A stretch of DNA of 64,000 nucleotides from positions 451 through 64,450 of the forward strand of contig JBHIET010000003.1 of assembly GCA_046760785.1 (NCBI GenBank), given 5' to 3'. Position 1 is the stretch's first letter; every line of letters begins with the position of its first letter. Made by a program: the position numbers and the translations under genes. This document shows positions 26,156 to 36,200 of the stretch, in pieces. The DNA is from Anaerolineae bacterium. GTDB lineage: Bacteria > Chloroflexota > Anaerolineae > B4-G1. Below the pieces are notes generated by a model, which was not told where the DNA came from, did not search any database, and saw only the letters and a list, made by a program, of their open reading frames with translations.

Positions 26156-27976
26156 TCAGCGTGCATCTGCGTTTATCCAAACATTGAGCCCCACTGTCGT
26201 CGTTCTCGAGAGCATGCTCTCTAGATTTTCAAACGGGACCGATTCCGGGTCACTGAAGTAGTCGAAGTAATCAGCCCAGCTCAGGCCATCAGCCCAGCTC
26301 AGACCATCAGCCCAGCTCAGGCCATCGGCCCAGCTCAGACCATCAGCCCAGCTCAGACCGTCGCCCCTACACAGGCCATCAGCCCAGCTCAGGCCATCAG
26401 CCCAGCTCAGACCATCAGCCCAGCTCAGACCGTCGGCCCAGCTAAAGCCATCGGCCCAGCTCAGACCATTGAGCCAGGCGAAGACGTCGGCCCAGCTCAG
26501 ACCATCGGCCCAGCTCAAACCATCGGCCCAGCTCAAACCATTGGCCCAGCCGAACTCGTCAGCAGGGAGCCCGAACGTGCCTGTCTCGGGGTCATAGACT
26601 GTCCAGCCTCGGTAATGCTCCTCGCCAGCCAAGTCGAGTTCGATATCCATCCCCTGGTTGGCTTCGTCCATAATATCGGTGAAGACGGCATCGGGCGCCC
26701 AGACGCGGCCTGCTCCTTGTTGCCAGAGACTATATGCCCCCAGGTGCGGACGCGCGGTCATCATCAACCGAGCTTTCACTTGATCGGGTGTCAGCTCTGG
26801 GTGCTGGCTGAGCATCAGGGCCGAGACGCCGGAGACCATAGCTGACGACATAGAGGTGCCCGCCATCTCGAAGTAGTGGCCACGGACTCGATTTTCGGGG
26901 TGTTGCTGGCCCAGGTAGGTGCGTGCTCGCATCAGTGAGATGACGTGGGCGCCAGGCGCAATCAGATCGGGCTTGACGAAAGCATCGCAGGTGGGACCGG
27001 CGGCCGAGAAATCTGGGATGTAATCATCGCTGAAGTCCTCAGGCGTGCGGTTGTCGCTAAAGGCACCGACAGTGATGATGTAGGGGGTGTTGCCCGGCAC
27101 GCCGATACTGAATGGGGCGGGGCCAGAGTTACCCGCGCTCGCGACCACTACAATACCTGCCTGCCAGGCCGCCATCGTCGCCAGATTCAGGGGGTCAACC
27201 CAGTAGGGAGCGCACACCGATGCGTGCATCGAGACGTTGAGCACGCGGACGTTGTACTCATCCTTGTGCTGCACGACCCAATCAATTCCCTGGAGCACGT
27301 CGGCGTAGGTGCCCGTCCCTGTCTCGTCCAACACACGCACGGCCACCAGGTTGGCCGCTGGCGCGATGCCCCGGTACTCACCGTCCCTGCGCTCATATTC
27401 ACTATTGCCCACAATGCCTGCAACGTGGGTCCCGTGGCCATTAGGGTCTCTTGGCGACCGGCGCAATCGCCGTCCCTCGTACAGCTTCCCGGATAGCACG
27501 TCGTAGTAGGCCAGGATACGATTGCCCCTGCTGTCCGGCGGCCGGTACAAACTCCTAATGGTGGGGTCAATCCCGGTATCAAGAAGAGCCACAGTGACGC
27601 CCGCTCCCAGATTACCGGCTTCCCACACCTCTCTGACCCCGATGGCCTTGGAGAACTCCACGTCAACCCGCTTGCCTGAGGTCTCCACCGAACGGTCCGG
27701 CGTCACGCGGACCACGCCGGGGGTCTCGGCCAAGCGAGCCAGAAAAGTCTGGGGAACCTCGGCCACTACCGCGTTGATGATGCCCACTTCAGCGGTGACG
27801 AGACCACCGTTGGCACGCACGGCTGCCGCCGCATCCTCGACGCTGGTGCCCTGCACGATGACGCGCACTGAAGATGCCGACGCAGTGACAGGTGCCGCGC
27901 CGGTCAGCGTCACCACCAGTAGCGTGCACAGGACCAAAAGAGTGACTGCGTTACGAAAACGAGTTTGTACCTTCAT
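26156..27976 (-). CDS. secreted S8 (subtilisin-like) serine peptidase with C-terminal WADGLS hexapeptide repeat region
   Basis: Signal peptide MKVQTRFRNAVTLLVLCTLLVVTLTGAAPVTASA. Catalytic D (ALLDTGID), H (HGTHVAGIV) and S (GTSMSSAMVSG). AGGAGG upstream of the ATG. Confidence 0.92.
   Translation of the reverse strand: MKVQTRFRNAVTLLVLCTLLVVTLTGAAPVTASASSVRVIVQGTSVEDAAAAVRANGGLVTAEVGIINAVVAEVPQTFLARLAETPGVVRVTPDRSVETSGKRVDVEFSKAIGVREVWEAGNLGAGVTVALLDTGIDPTIRSLYRPPDSRGNRILAYYDVLSGKLYEGRRLRRSPRDPNGHGTHVAGIVGNSEYERRDGEYRGIAPAANLVAVRVLDETGTGTYADVLQGIDWVVQHKDEYNVRVLNVSMHASVCAPYWVDPLNLATMAAWQAGIVVVASAGNSGPAPFSIGVPGNTPYIITVGAFSDNRTPEDFSDDYIPDFSAAGPTCDAFVKPDLIAPGAHVISLMRARTYLGQQHPENRVRGHYFEMAGTSMSSAMVSGVSALMLSQHPELTPDQVKARLMMTARPHLGAYSLWQQGAGRVWAPDAVFTDIMDEANQGMDIELDLAGEEHYRGWTVYDPETGTFGLPADEFGWANGLSWADGLSWADGLSWADVFAWLNGLSWADGFSWADGLSWADGLSWADGLSWADGLCRGDGLSWADGLSWADGLSWADGLSWADGLSWADYFDYFSDPESVPFENLESMLSRTTTVGLNVWINADAR
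26270..26557 (-). repeat. 16 tandem copies of an 18-bp unit (atcagcccagctcaggcc and variants), in frame in the S8 peptidase gene
   Basis: The units can be read directly. They translate as W-A-D-G-L-S with variants WANGLS, WADVFA, WLNGLS, WADGFS, WADGLC, RGDGLS and WADYFD. Confidence 0.95.
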
Positions 27977-28070
27977 CTACTTCCTCCTGAACTACCCCGC
28001 CCCTGGAACAGGACGAATCAACACAACTGCATTGCCTCGACAATGGCACATTTCCACCGCACGGCGGTTG

Positions 28071-28090
28071 CCCTTCGACTGCGCTCAGGG
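28071..28090 (-). repeat. copy c of dispersed motif CCCTGAG-N5-TCGAAGGG (intergenic)
   Basis: Forward cccttcgactgcgctcaggg, flanked by ttgccc/gggcaa complementarity. Confidence 0.6.
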
Positions 28091-28115
28091 CAAGCACCGC
28101 GTGCTACGTCTGCGA

Positions 28116-28155
28116 AGTCGCCTCCGGCGACTAGACCAGTCCGCGCAGGCGGACT
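28116..28155. repeat. two adjacent short GC-rich hairpins
   Basis: agtcgcc-tcc-ggcgact (28116-28132) and agtccgc-gcag-gcggact (28138-28155). REP-like in appearance. Confidence 0.6.
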
Positions 28156-28365
28156 TGGCAGTAGTGGCCCGCGATGCTTCAGCTACGCTCAGCACAGGCT
28201 TTCAGTCGCCGGGAAACCGAATGTGCCATTGTCAGGATTGCGGTCACTGCTATATTAGCAGATGTCAGCGCTCAAATCTATGATTTTCGTATGCAAGCTG
28301 CGTGTGAGTTTCGTGTAAAAGCGTGGTGCCACCAGGCGTGATCGGAGGTGCAGGGCGAGGTTCTT

Positions 28366-28384
28366 CCCTTCGACGAGCTCATGG
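28366..28384 (-). repeat. copy d (variant CCATGAG-N4-TCGAAGGG) of the dispersed motif (intergenic)
   Basis: Forward cccttcgacgagctcatgg. Confidence 0.5.
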
Positions 28385-28528
28385 CAGGCCGCCGCCGCGC
28401 TCGAAATGACGGCGTGGAGCAGGTCTGAATCCAAATGTGTCCTTCCCGTTCAAGATTGACTTTTGCGTCCCCTCAAGCTAAAATCGTGCTGACCGGCACA
28501 CGCTTCTGGAACGTAGGAGTGACACACA

Positions 28529-29218
28529 TCAGGGAAGCTGGGAGGTGGTGTTGTAGGCCACGCGCTCGATGAATCCATCCTCGCTCAGTTCGCCAGCGCC
28601 GTAGGCCGCCAGGTCCCCCGCGCTCACGCGGGCGCTGATCCACATATCGGCCTGGCTGCTCTGAGCTTCGCCGTGAGCGTCCGGCCGAACGGCTAGGATC
28701 GTGACCTCAACCCAAGTGAGGGAGCTGCATTCATCTACTGCCTGTTCCTGCAGGGCCAGGACGACGTCGAAGGCTGCCCATACCAATTGAGCGGCCTCGT
28801 CGGGCGTCTCACCTGGCGAGAGAGGATGTACGATCTCGAAGCAGAGCGAGCCGTCAGGGAGCAGCGCTACTGTCCCGCCCAGCCCGGCCCGGGCCAGCAG
28901 TTGCGCAGCCTTCCACTGGCAGGTCCTCTGTAGGGGCGCTCCTGAGACAGAGGCTTCACCTTGAGGGGAAGGGACTTCGGCTGAGTCCGCATCGGGGCGT
29001 GCACTTCGACTAGGCGTAGCGAGGTCCTCAGGTCGCGGGGCTTCGTTGGTGAGTTCAGCCAAACCGCTCAGCGTCGAAGGCCCGGCCCAACGAGTGGGCG
29101 CGGGCAATGGCGATGTGCTGGTGCCAGAAGGATGTGTCGCCAGCATCACCAGAGCCAGGATGATGGCGATGTCGGCGATTACCAAGATGGCGATGATTCG
29201 CTTCTGCCTTGGAGTCAT
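28529..29218 (-). CDS. membrane-anchored hypothetical protein
   Basis: 229 aa from the internal ATG at 29218. N-terminal TM (IIAILVIADIAIILALVMLA), then a Ser/Pro/Ala-rich linker and a globular C-terminal part. No known motif. Confidence 0.55.
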   Translation of the reverse strand: MTPRQKRIIAILVIADIAIILALVMLATHPSGTSTSPLPAPTRWAGPSTLSGLAELTNEAPRPEDLATPSRSARPDADSAEVPSPQGEASVSGAPLQRTCQWKAAQLLARAGLGGTVALLPDGSLCFEIVHPLSPGETPDEAAQLVWAAFDVVLALQEQAVDECSSLTWVEVTILAVRPDAHGEAQSSQADMWISARVSAGDLAAYGAGELSEDGFIERVAYNTTSQLP

Positions 29219-29293
29219 CAGGTAGAGTGTAACACAGCTACGGCTACAGCACAACAGCGAGTAGAGACAACAAACGGATCGAGTGGTGGCGAG

Positions 29294-30211
29294 ATGAGAC
29301 ACCTGAGCCGCGAGCAGCGCCGCGGCGTCATGAACACAATCATTGCCAGTTTCCTTCTGGGCTGGGCACCCATTCTGGGCAAAATAGCCTATACGAGCGG
29401 TGCCACGCCATACACCCTGGTTGCCCTCCGCACGCTGGTGGCAGCGCTGCTCCTGTGGTTGGTTTTTGCGTTCTTCTGGCGTCGCGAGATCGCTATCTCC
29501 TGGCGTGACCTGATCGGATGTGTCGCTGTGGGCGCAGTGAACGGCTTCGGATCGCTACTCTACTACATGAGTCTCTTACGCCTCGATGCTTCTCGTGCCT
29601 CGCTGCTCAACACCCTCTACCCACTATGGGTGGTACTGTTCCTCTTCGCTGCCGGACAGCCACTGACGCGCCTCACCTTGGCGCGCCTGACGCTCTCTAC
29701 ACTGGGAATTTATCTACTGACGCGCACGCGGCCAGGGGAACTGGATTGGTTGGGAGTAATGCTGATGATTGCCTCAGCGGCGACCTATGGCTGGCACCTG
29801 GTGTTAGGACAGTGGGTGCTGGCCGATGTGCCGGCGCACAAGGCAGCGCTCTACATTCTGACGACCATGGCCTGCGTGGTCGGTGTGGCACGGGCGCTGC
29901 AGGCGCGGCCAGTGGAACCTATCGTGAGCACCGGATGGGGCGCGATCCTGGCGCTGGGGCTGACGACCGCCCTATCGCGGCTGGCGATGTTCAGCGCACT
30001 GGAACGGCTGGGAGGAGTCGAGACGGCGTTAGCTGGCCTGTTGGAACTGCTGGTCAGCCTGGTGCTGGCTTTCTTATTGCTAGGCGAACGCCTGACACTT
30101 GTACAGTGGCTTGGAGGCGGGCTGCTGGTGGTCAGCCTGATGATGATGACTCGCGATCCTGGGATGCGCCTGGCAGAGGGAAACGTGCCTCTGGAGTGGA
30201 AGCAGCAGTGA
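29294..30211 (+). CDS. DMT superfamily transporter (EamA family)
   Basis: 305 aa from the ATG at 29294 with about 10 TM segments in a two-fold EamA-like arrangement. The 3' end overlaps the convergent kinase gene by 80 bp. Confidence 0.8.
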   Translation: MRHLSREQRRGVMNTIIASFLLGWAPILGKIAYTSGATPYTLVALRTLVAALLLWLVFAFFWRREIAISWRDLIGCVAVGAVNGFGSLLYYMSLLRLDASRASLLNTLYPLWVVLFLFAAGQPLTRLTLARLTLSTLGIYLLTRTRPGELDWLGVMLMIASAATYGWHLVLGQWVLADVPAHKAALYILTTMACVVGVARALQARPVEPIVSTGWGAILALGLTTALSRLAMFSALERLGGVETALAGLLELLVSLVLAFLLLGERLTLVQWLGGGLLVVSLMMMTRDPGMRLAEGNVPLEWKQQ

Positions 30212-31475
30212 GCCAGAAGGAAGGCTCACACACTGGCAGGAGAATATGGAAGGTGCTGCCCGGCAGCCGTTCCTCGTCGTATCCTGTGCTTTCCACCCAG
30301 ATTCTGCCACCGTGGGCCTCGATGATACCTCGCGCCACGGTGAGTCCCAACCCCAGTCCACCGCCTTTGAACGCGGTCTTACTGGAATGGTGGCGGGCTG
30401 TATCCTCCAGCACATAGAAGCGATCGAATATGCGTTCCTGTTCCTCCACCGGAATGCCTACACCGGTATCCTGGACAGAGATGTGCACTGTATCACCAAT
30501 CTGACGCCCCACGATGCGTATGTGCCCGCCGTCAGGAGTATACTTCACCGAATTACTGATGACGTTCCACAGCGCCTGATGCAGCCGCTTTTCGTCTCCG
30601 TTGAGCGCTGGCAAATCCTCCAGATCCTCAAACTCGAATTGCAGGTTCCGGGATGGGCTAAAACCCTGCACCCTCTCCACCACGCCACGTATTAGCGGCT
30701 TCAGAAGCACCGGTTCCCGGGCCAGGTCCAAACGATCGGCGTCAATGAGGGAGACGTTGCGGATTTCATCGAAGATCTGGTCAAGTCGCTGGGCGGCGTG
30801 GGCGACGCGCTGGAGAAGCTTGCGAGGGCTATCCTCTTCGCCGGGCGCATCGGGAATATCTGGGTTATTGAGCAGCATCTGAACATAACCGTAGACACAG
30901 GTCAGCGGCGTGCGTAATTCGTGGCTGGCCAAGATGATGAAATCCGATTTCACCTTCTCAATCCGTTGCAACTCGGCGTGAGCCCCCTCCAGTTCGCGGA
31001 TCTTCTCCTCCAGCCGGTCCACCAATTTGCGGCTGTACTCAACCAGGTACTCATTTTTCTCCTCTGGAGACTCGATCTCCTCCCTCGCCCTTAGTAGAAA
31101 GGAACGCACCTGATCTGGGAATTCGTCCACGTCAATTGGCTTAGGGATGTAGCCGGTGCAGCCGGCGATGAGCGCCCGTTCCCTGTCGCCCTGCAACGTG
31201 GCAGCAGTGACAGCGACTATGGGTACTCGCCGCATCTCCTCGATGGACCGCAGGTGGGTGGTCACCTCGTGGCCGTCCAGTCCACCGATGTTGATGTCCA
31301 TAAGGATCAGAGCGGGCATCTCGCGCTTGGCGATCTCAATAGCAGAGAGGCCATCAGAAGCGATCACGACCCGGTGACCTTCGCCTTCGAGCACGCGACG
31401 TACCAGGGCTACACTGGACGGATCATCCTCTACGTAAAGTATTGTGGTGTGTTGTGGCCTGGCTTTGTCAGCCAT
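30132..31475 (-). CDS. hybrid REC-histidine kinase (N-terminal receiver, coiled coil, HisKA, HATPase)
   Basis: REC with ALILMDINIGGLDG. H-box FIILASHELRTPLTCVYGY. HATPase with N box …NSVKYTP… and G boxes DTGVGI and GGGLGLGL. Confidence 0.9.
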   Translation of the reverse strand: MADKARPQHTTILYVEDDPSSVALVRRVLEGEGHRVVIASDGLSAIEIAKREMPALILMDINIGGLDGHEVTTHLRSIEEMRRVPIVAVTAATLQGDRERALIAGCTGYIPKPIDVDEFPDQVRSFLLRAREEIESPEEKNEYLVEYSRKLVDRLEEKIRELEGAHAELQRIEKVKSDFIILASHELRTPLTCVYGYVQMLLNNPDIPDAPGEEDSPRKLLQRVAHAAQRLDQIFDEIRNVSLIDADRLDLAREPVLLKPLIRGVVERVQGFSPSRNLQFEFEDLEDLPALNGDEKRLHQALWNVISNSVKYTPDGGHIRIVGRQIGDTVHISVQDTGVGIPVEEQERIFDRFYVLEDTARHHSSKTAFKGGGLGLGLTVARGIIEAHGGRIWVESTGYDEERLPGSTFHILLPVCEPSFWLTAASTPEARFPLPGASQDRESSSSG

Positions 31476-31537
31476 CTGCCTTGCACCGTCAAATGAGAGC
31501 AGAGGAGCAGGGGAAGGATTGGATCGAAAACTCTTAC

Positions 31538-33241
31538 CTACGCCGCCCGCTTCAGAATCTCTTCCAGCAGTTCTTCGTCGGTAAAGGAGCCCTTCTGCAT
31601 CAACTTGTCAATCCGGCCACTGAGACGCTGCCGTTCGGCGGCCGTCAGCTCCTTGGCCGTGACGACAATCACTGGCACATCGCTCAAATCCTCGTCGGCC
31701 TTGAGGGCTTCCAGCACCGCAAAGCCATCCATACCCGGCATCATCAGGTCTAGCAGGATGAGATCGGGCCGCTCGCGGCGCACCAACTCGAGGCCCTCGA
31801 CTCCGTCGTAAGCCTCGAAAATCCGGTACTCGCCCCGTGTTTGCAGGATGCGGCGCAGCAACAGCGCGGCCTTGGGATCATCCTCGATAATGGCAATGCT
31901 CCGCACACGCCCATCGAGTTGCCCTAGCGAACCCAGCAGTCCCTCTTCAACAGCAACCGGTATCTCTGCGGGCACCTCCACCGTCCGCGCCCATTCATCC
32001 CCCAGCAAGTGCTTTTCGACCGGGAAGGTGTGGCCAGAGCAGTTGACAACGATGACCTCATCACGCTGGATTATACCCCTGCTGAGCAATTTGAACAACC
32101 CGGCGAAGGCCGCTGCCGCCGCCGGTTCCATCGAGATGCCGTCCAGCTTGGCCATCACGTGCATGGCGCGGAACGTTTCCTCGTCGCTGACCGCTTCGAA
32201 GACACCGCCGTGCTCCTGCATGACTCGGGCCAGGAAAGAATAGGCGGGGCCGGGGTTGCCGGTGGCGATGGTGATGACCAGCGTCTGCGGGTTGAGGACA
32301 GGCTCGGCCTCCTCCAGCCCTTTATTGAAGGAATTGACCATCGGCGCGCAACCGGCAGCTTGAATGCAGGCCAGTTTCGGCATCCGATCCACCAGTCCCA
32401 GCGTCATCAACTCCTCATACGCCTTCCACACGCCTACCGGCCCCATTCCCCCACTGACGGCCTGGAAGTACCAATCGGGCGTGCGCCAGGGAGTCCCAGA
32501 AACCGAGTTTTGCGGAAAAAACCCGCTTTCTTCTCCAAGCAGCAGGGGGAGTTGTTCGGCGATCTCGAAAGCAACGGTTTTCATAGCCTCGCGGGCCGCT
32601 ATATCCCGAATACCCCGGTCGAGGAAGATCTCCTTACGATGCGCAAAATCCGCCGCAACCTTCTTGGTCTGGTCATAGCTGGCAGTCACTTTGACGACCT
32701 CGCTCCCGTAGAGCGCTACCTCGCGCATTTTCTCAGGGGGCACCAGGCTGGTGAGAAAGGTCCACATTTTGATGCCGGCCAGCGCGGAGTAGGCCGAGTA
32801 GGAGATGGCGACGTTGCCGGTCGAGGCGACGACCGCCTCGGTCACGCCATACTCCTTCATCAACGAGATAGCCAAGGATGCCTGCCGGTCCTTGAATGAG
32901 CCGGTTGGCCCCTGCCGCTCGTCCTTGACGTAGATATGCGGACAACCAAGCATCAGGCCGAGATTGGTGGCGCGGAGCAGCGGAGTTCCCCCCTCACCCA
33001 TCGTCACTTTGTGGGTGCCGTCGCGGAGAGGGAGTAGTTCCCGATAGCGCCACATGTCGAAAGGCCGCTCGCGCAGCACGGCGGGCCACCGTGCCCGCAC
33101 GTAGTCGTAGTCGTAGCGGGCGTCGAGCCACTCCCCGCCGCACCGCTCGCAGGCTTTCAGGGGCCTGACAAACGAGGTGCTGTGTCCACAGGCCGCGCAC
33201 TCCAGCCAGACTTGATGACTGAGCTTATCCTGTTTCGTCAT
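31538..33241 (-). CDS. threonine-synthase-like PLP enzyme fused to a C-terminal receiver domain
   Basis: N-terminal Cys4 ribbon (CAACGH…CERCGG) and PLP-lysine motif GPTGSFKDRQASL. The C-terminal REC (IAIIEDD…, DLILLDLMMPGMDG, VIVVTAK, …QKG) is intact. The start overlaps the giant kinase stop by 17 nt. Confidence 0.85.
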   Translation of the reverse strand: MTKQDKLSHQVWLECAACGHSTSFVRPLKACERCGGEWLDARYDYDYVRARWPAVLRERPFDMWRYRELLPLRDGTHKVTMGEGGTPLLRATNLGLMLGCPHIYVKDERQGPTGSFKDRQASLAISLMKEYGVTEAVVASTGNVAISYSAYSALAGIKMWTFLTSLVPPEKMREVALYGSEVVKVTASYDQTKKVAADFAHRKEIFLDRGIRDIAAREAMKTVAFEIAEQLPLLLGEESGFFPQNSVSGTPWRTPDWYFQAVSGGMGPVGVWKAYEELMTLGLVDRMPKLACIQAAGCAPMVNSFNKGLEEAEPVLNPQTLVITIATGNPGPAYSFLARVMQEHGGVFEAVSDEETFRAMHVMAKLDGISMEPAAAAAFAGLFKLLSRGIIQRDEVIVVNCSGHTFPVEKHLLGDEWARTVEVPAEIPVAVEEGLLGSLGQLDGRVRSIAIIEDDPKAALLLRRILQTRGEYRIFEAYDGVEGLELVRRERPDLILLDLMMPGMDGFAVLEALKADEDLSDVPVIVVTAKELTAAERQRLSGRIDKLMQKGSFTDEELLEEILKRAA

Positions 33242-36200
33242 CTTGCGCGCTTCCTTCACGTGAAAACCGCTTCAGTGCTGCTGCCACGTCTACCAGCAGC
33301 TCCCCCTGCTCGAAGAGCCCTTTCTGTAGCAACGCCTCCACCCTGCTGGTGAGGAAGTCCCGCTCTTCCTGGCTCAGATCTTTGGCGGTTACAACGACGA
33401 TGGGGATAGAGCGGGTGGTCTCATCCGCCTTAACTGCCTCCAGGACAGCAAACCCGTCCACCTCCGGCATGATGAGATCCAGGATGATAATGTGGGGCTG
33501 TGTCTGCCGGATCAGAGTGATGGCCTCCTGACCACCGGCTGCCTCCATTACCTCGTACCCCTCACAGGCTTCGATCATCCGGCGCAGGAGATTCCGGTCC
33601 TCCGGCTGGTCGTCCACCACCAACACAAGATGCCGTCCGGCCTCCCGGTCGAGGTGATCCAGCGCAGCCACCAGATCCTCCTCGAGGATAGGCTTGATCA
33701 GGTAGTCGGATGCACCCAGGCTGAGACCGCGCTCTTTCTCACTCAGGATGGTGCACAGGATGACCGGGATGTGGCGGGTCTCGGGGTCAGACTTCAGTTC
33801 CTGAATGACCTGCCAGCCATCTTTACCGGGCATCATCACGTCCAGCGTGATGGCAAAGGGTCTCAGTTTCCGGGCCCGTTCCACCGCTACTGTGCTGTCG
33901 GTAAGACCAATAACTTGATAGCCCTGTTTGCTCAAGTAGCGGCGGAAGAGAGTGATGACGCCCTCATCGTCCTCCACGCAGAGGACGACCTTCTGCCCGG
34001 GCTCTGGCTCTGGCTGCTCCACCTCCACTTCCTCAGATGGCAAGGGAGGACCCTTGATGGGCAACGTGAAGTAGAAAGTAGAGCCCTTCCCCAACCCGCT
34101 CTCCACCCATATGCGGCCGCCGTGCATTTCCACGAACTCACGGGTGATGGAAAGGCCCAATCCCGTGCCTCCAGCGCGACGAGTGGTCGAGGCATCCACC
34201 TGGATAAAGGGATCGAAAATACTATCGAGCTTCTCCGGCGCAATGCCTATGCCACTGTCGGCGACAGAGATAGTTACTTCGGTGGAACTGGCCTCGGCCT
34301 CCACACGAATGAAACCCGCCTCGGTGAACTTCTCAGCGTTGGAGACCAGGTTGAGAAGCACCTGCCGGATACGACGCTCATCCCCTCGCACCTTCGGCAG
34401 ATCCTCGGGGATGGACTGCTGCAACTCGATGGGCTTGTCCTTGACCAGTGCGATGGCGGTAGCCATGACGCCCTCGATGGCCTCTTTCAGATCCACCGCC
34501 TCGAAAGACAGTTCCATCTTACCGGCTTCTATCTTCGAAATGTCCAGGATATCGTTGATCAAACGCAACAGGTGCTGTCCGCTGTCGTAGACGGCCTGTA
34601 GATCGGTGCGCTGCATGTCAGTGAGCGGGCCGTCAATTTCCTTGAGGATGACGCGGGAGAAGCCGATGATAGAGTTGAGCGGCGTGCGCAGCTCGTGGGA
34701 CATGTTGGCCAGGAACTGACTCTTGAGTCGGTCCACCTCCGCCAGCCGCTCGGCTGTGTGCACCGCATCCTGGAACAGGCGAGCGTTCTCCAGGGCTACA
34801 CTCAGGTTGGCAGCCACAAGCTCGGCAAACGCGGCCTCCACAAGGGGTTGTCCCTTGAGTGTGCTGAGATCGAGCACGCCCAGCACCTGGTTGCGGGAGA
34901 CCAAGGGGACATAGATGGCGGATTGGGCCTGTGCCCGCCTGGCCACATCGGCCAGCGGGCCGCTGAGGTCAGCGGTTGTCTCCAGGATGCGTGTGCGACG
35001 CCCCATCACCGCCTCGAAGAGAACGGGGTTCATCTCGCGGGTTACCTGCTCAAGGCCCTCAGGCAGCGGGACATCGGTAGCGTCGGCGGCGTGGACGGCG
35101 ACCAGGTGGAGCACCTTCTCCTCCGGTTCCCAGGTGAAGACCGCGGAGGGCACCTCCAGACGGTGAGAGATGACCTCCCCAGCCCGATGGAGCAGTTCCT
35201 CCGGGTCCAACGACGCAGCGGCTGTCTGGAGCATCTCGTTGATGAGGGCGCGGCGCATAGCATCGGCCCGGGCGTCTTGGAACAGGCGAGCGTTGGCAAT
35301 GGCGGTAGCCAACTGGTCGGCCATCGTCTGCAAAACGGCCACATCCTCCTCAGAAAAAGCGCCCTCCTCAGTGGACTGGACGTCCAACACCCCGATCACT
35401 CGCTCCCGCACTTTCAGCGGCAACGCCATCTCCGAACGGGTGTCGGGAAGGTCGGGGTTGTTGAAAAAGACGGCGTCCTGGCCCACATCCAGGGCAATGC
35501 GAGGCTCCCCCGTGCCAGCGACGTAACCGACGATGCCGACCTCGCCAACTCTTAGTCGGTGGCCTCGCTCCAGCATCCGGCGCCCGCCCTCGGAGGAGGC
35601 AGCTTGCAGAACTGCGTACCTGTCCCGCTCGTCCAGGAGGAAGACGCCGGCGTGGTAGAAGCCAAACCGTTCGGAGATGCGGTGTACCGCCTCGTCCAGC
35701 AACTGATCCACGTCCAGGATGGCGGTGGCATCGCGAGCGACCTCTGCGGCGGTGGCCAACTGGGTCGCCCTGCGTTGCGTCTCTTCGAACAGCCGGGCGT
35801 TCTGCAGGGCGATGGCCGCCTGGCTGGCGATGGCGGTCAGCAGGTCCCGGTCGTGCTCGTCGTAGAGACCGGGGGTGGTGTAACTCTGGACGGCCATCAC
35901 CCCCAGCACCTGGTCGCCGACCATCAGCGGCACCCCCAGCCAGGAGAGAGCGGGCTCACCCACCATTTCCACCCCCATCTCCTCCAACTGCTCGGCCACA
36001 TTCTCCTGGGTGAGCACACTCGTGCGGTTGCGCACGATGTACCCGCTGACACCCTCGTCTGCGGACATGACGGTGAGCGTCTCCTTATCAATCTCTGACT
36101 CGGTGATTTGAAAGTCGAAGGTGAGCTCGTGCCTCTCCGGGTCGTAGAGGGCGATGAAGAAATTGGTGGTGTCCACCAGGCGGGAGGCCTGCCGGTAGGC

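Noticed and set aside
26270-26557. Regular 18-bp repeats considered as a CRISPR-like array
   Set aside because: The units are contiguous with no spacers and are too short. They lie in frame within a peptidase gene, and no cas genes are in the window.
29132-29302. Long N-terminal extensions of the divergent genes (ORF-track starts at 29132 for the + gene and 29302 for the - gene)
   Set aside because: The extensions overlap each other and encode non-hydrophobic, Cys/His/Asp-rich sequence. Internal ATGs at 29294 and 29218 give standard EamA and TM-anchored N-termini.
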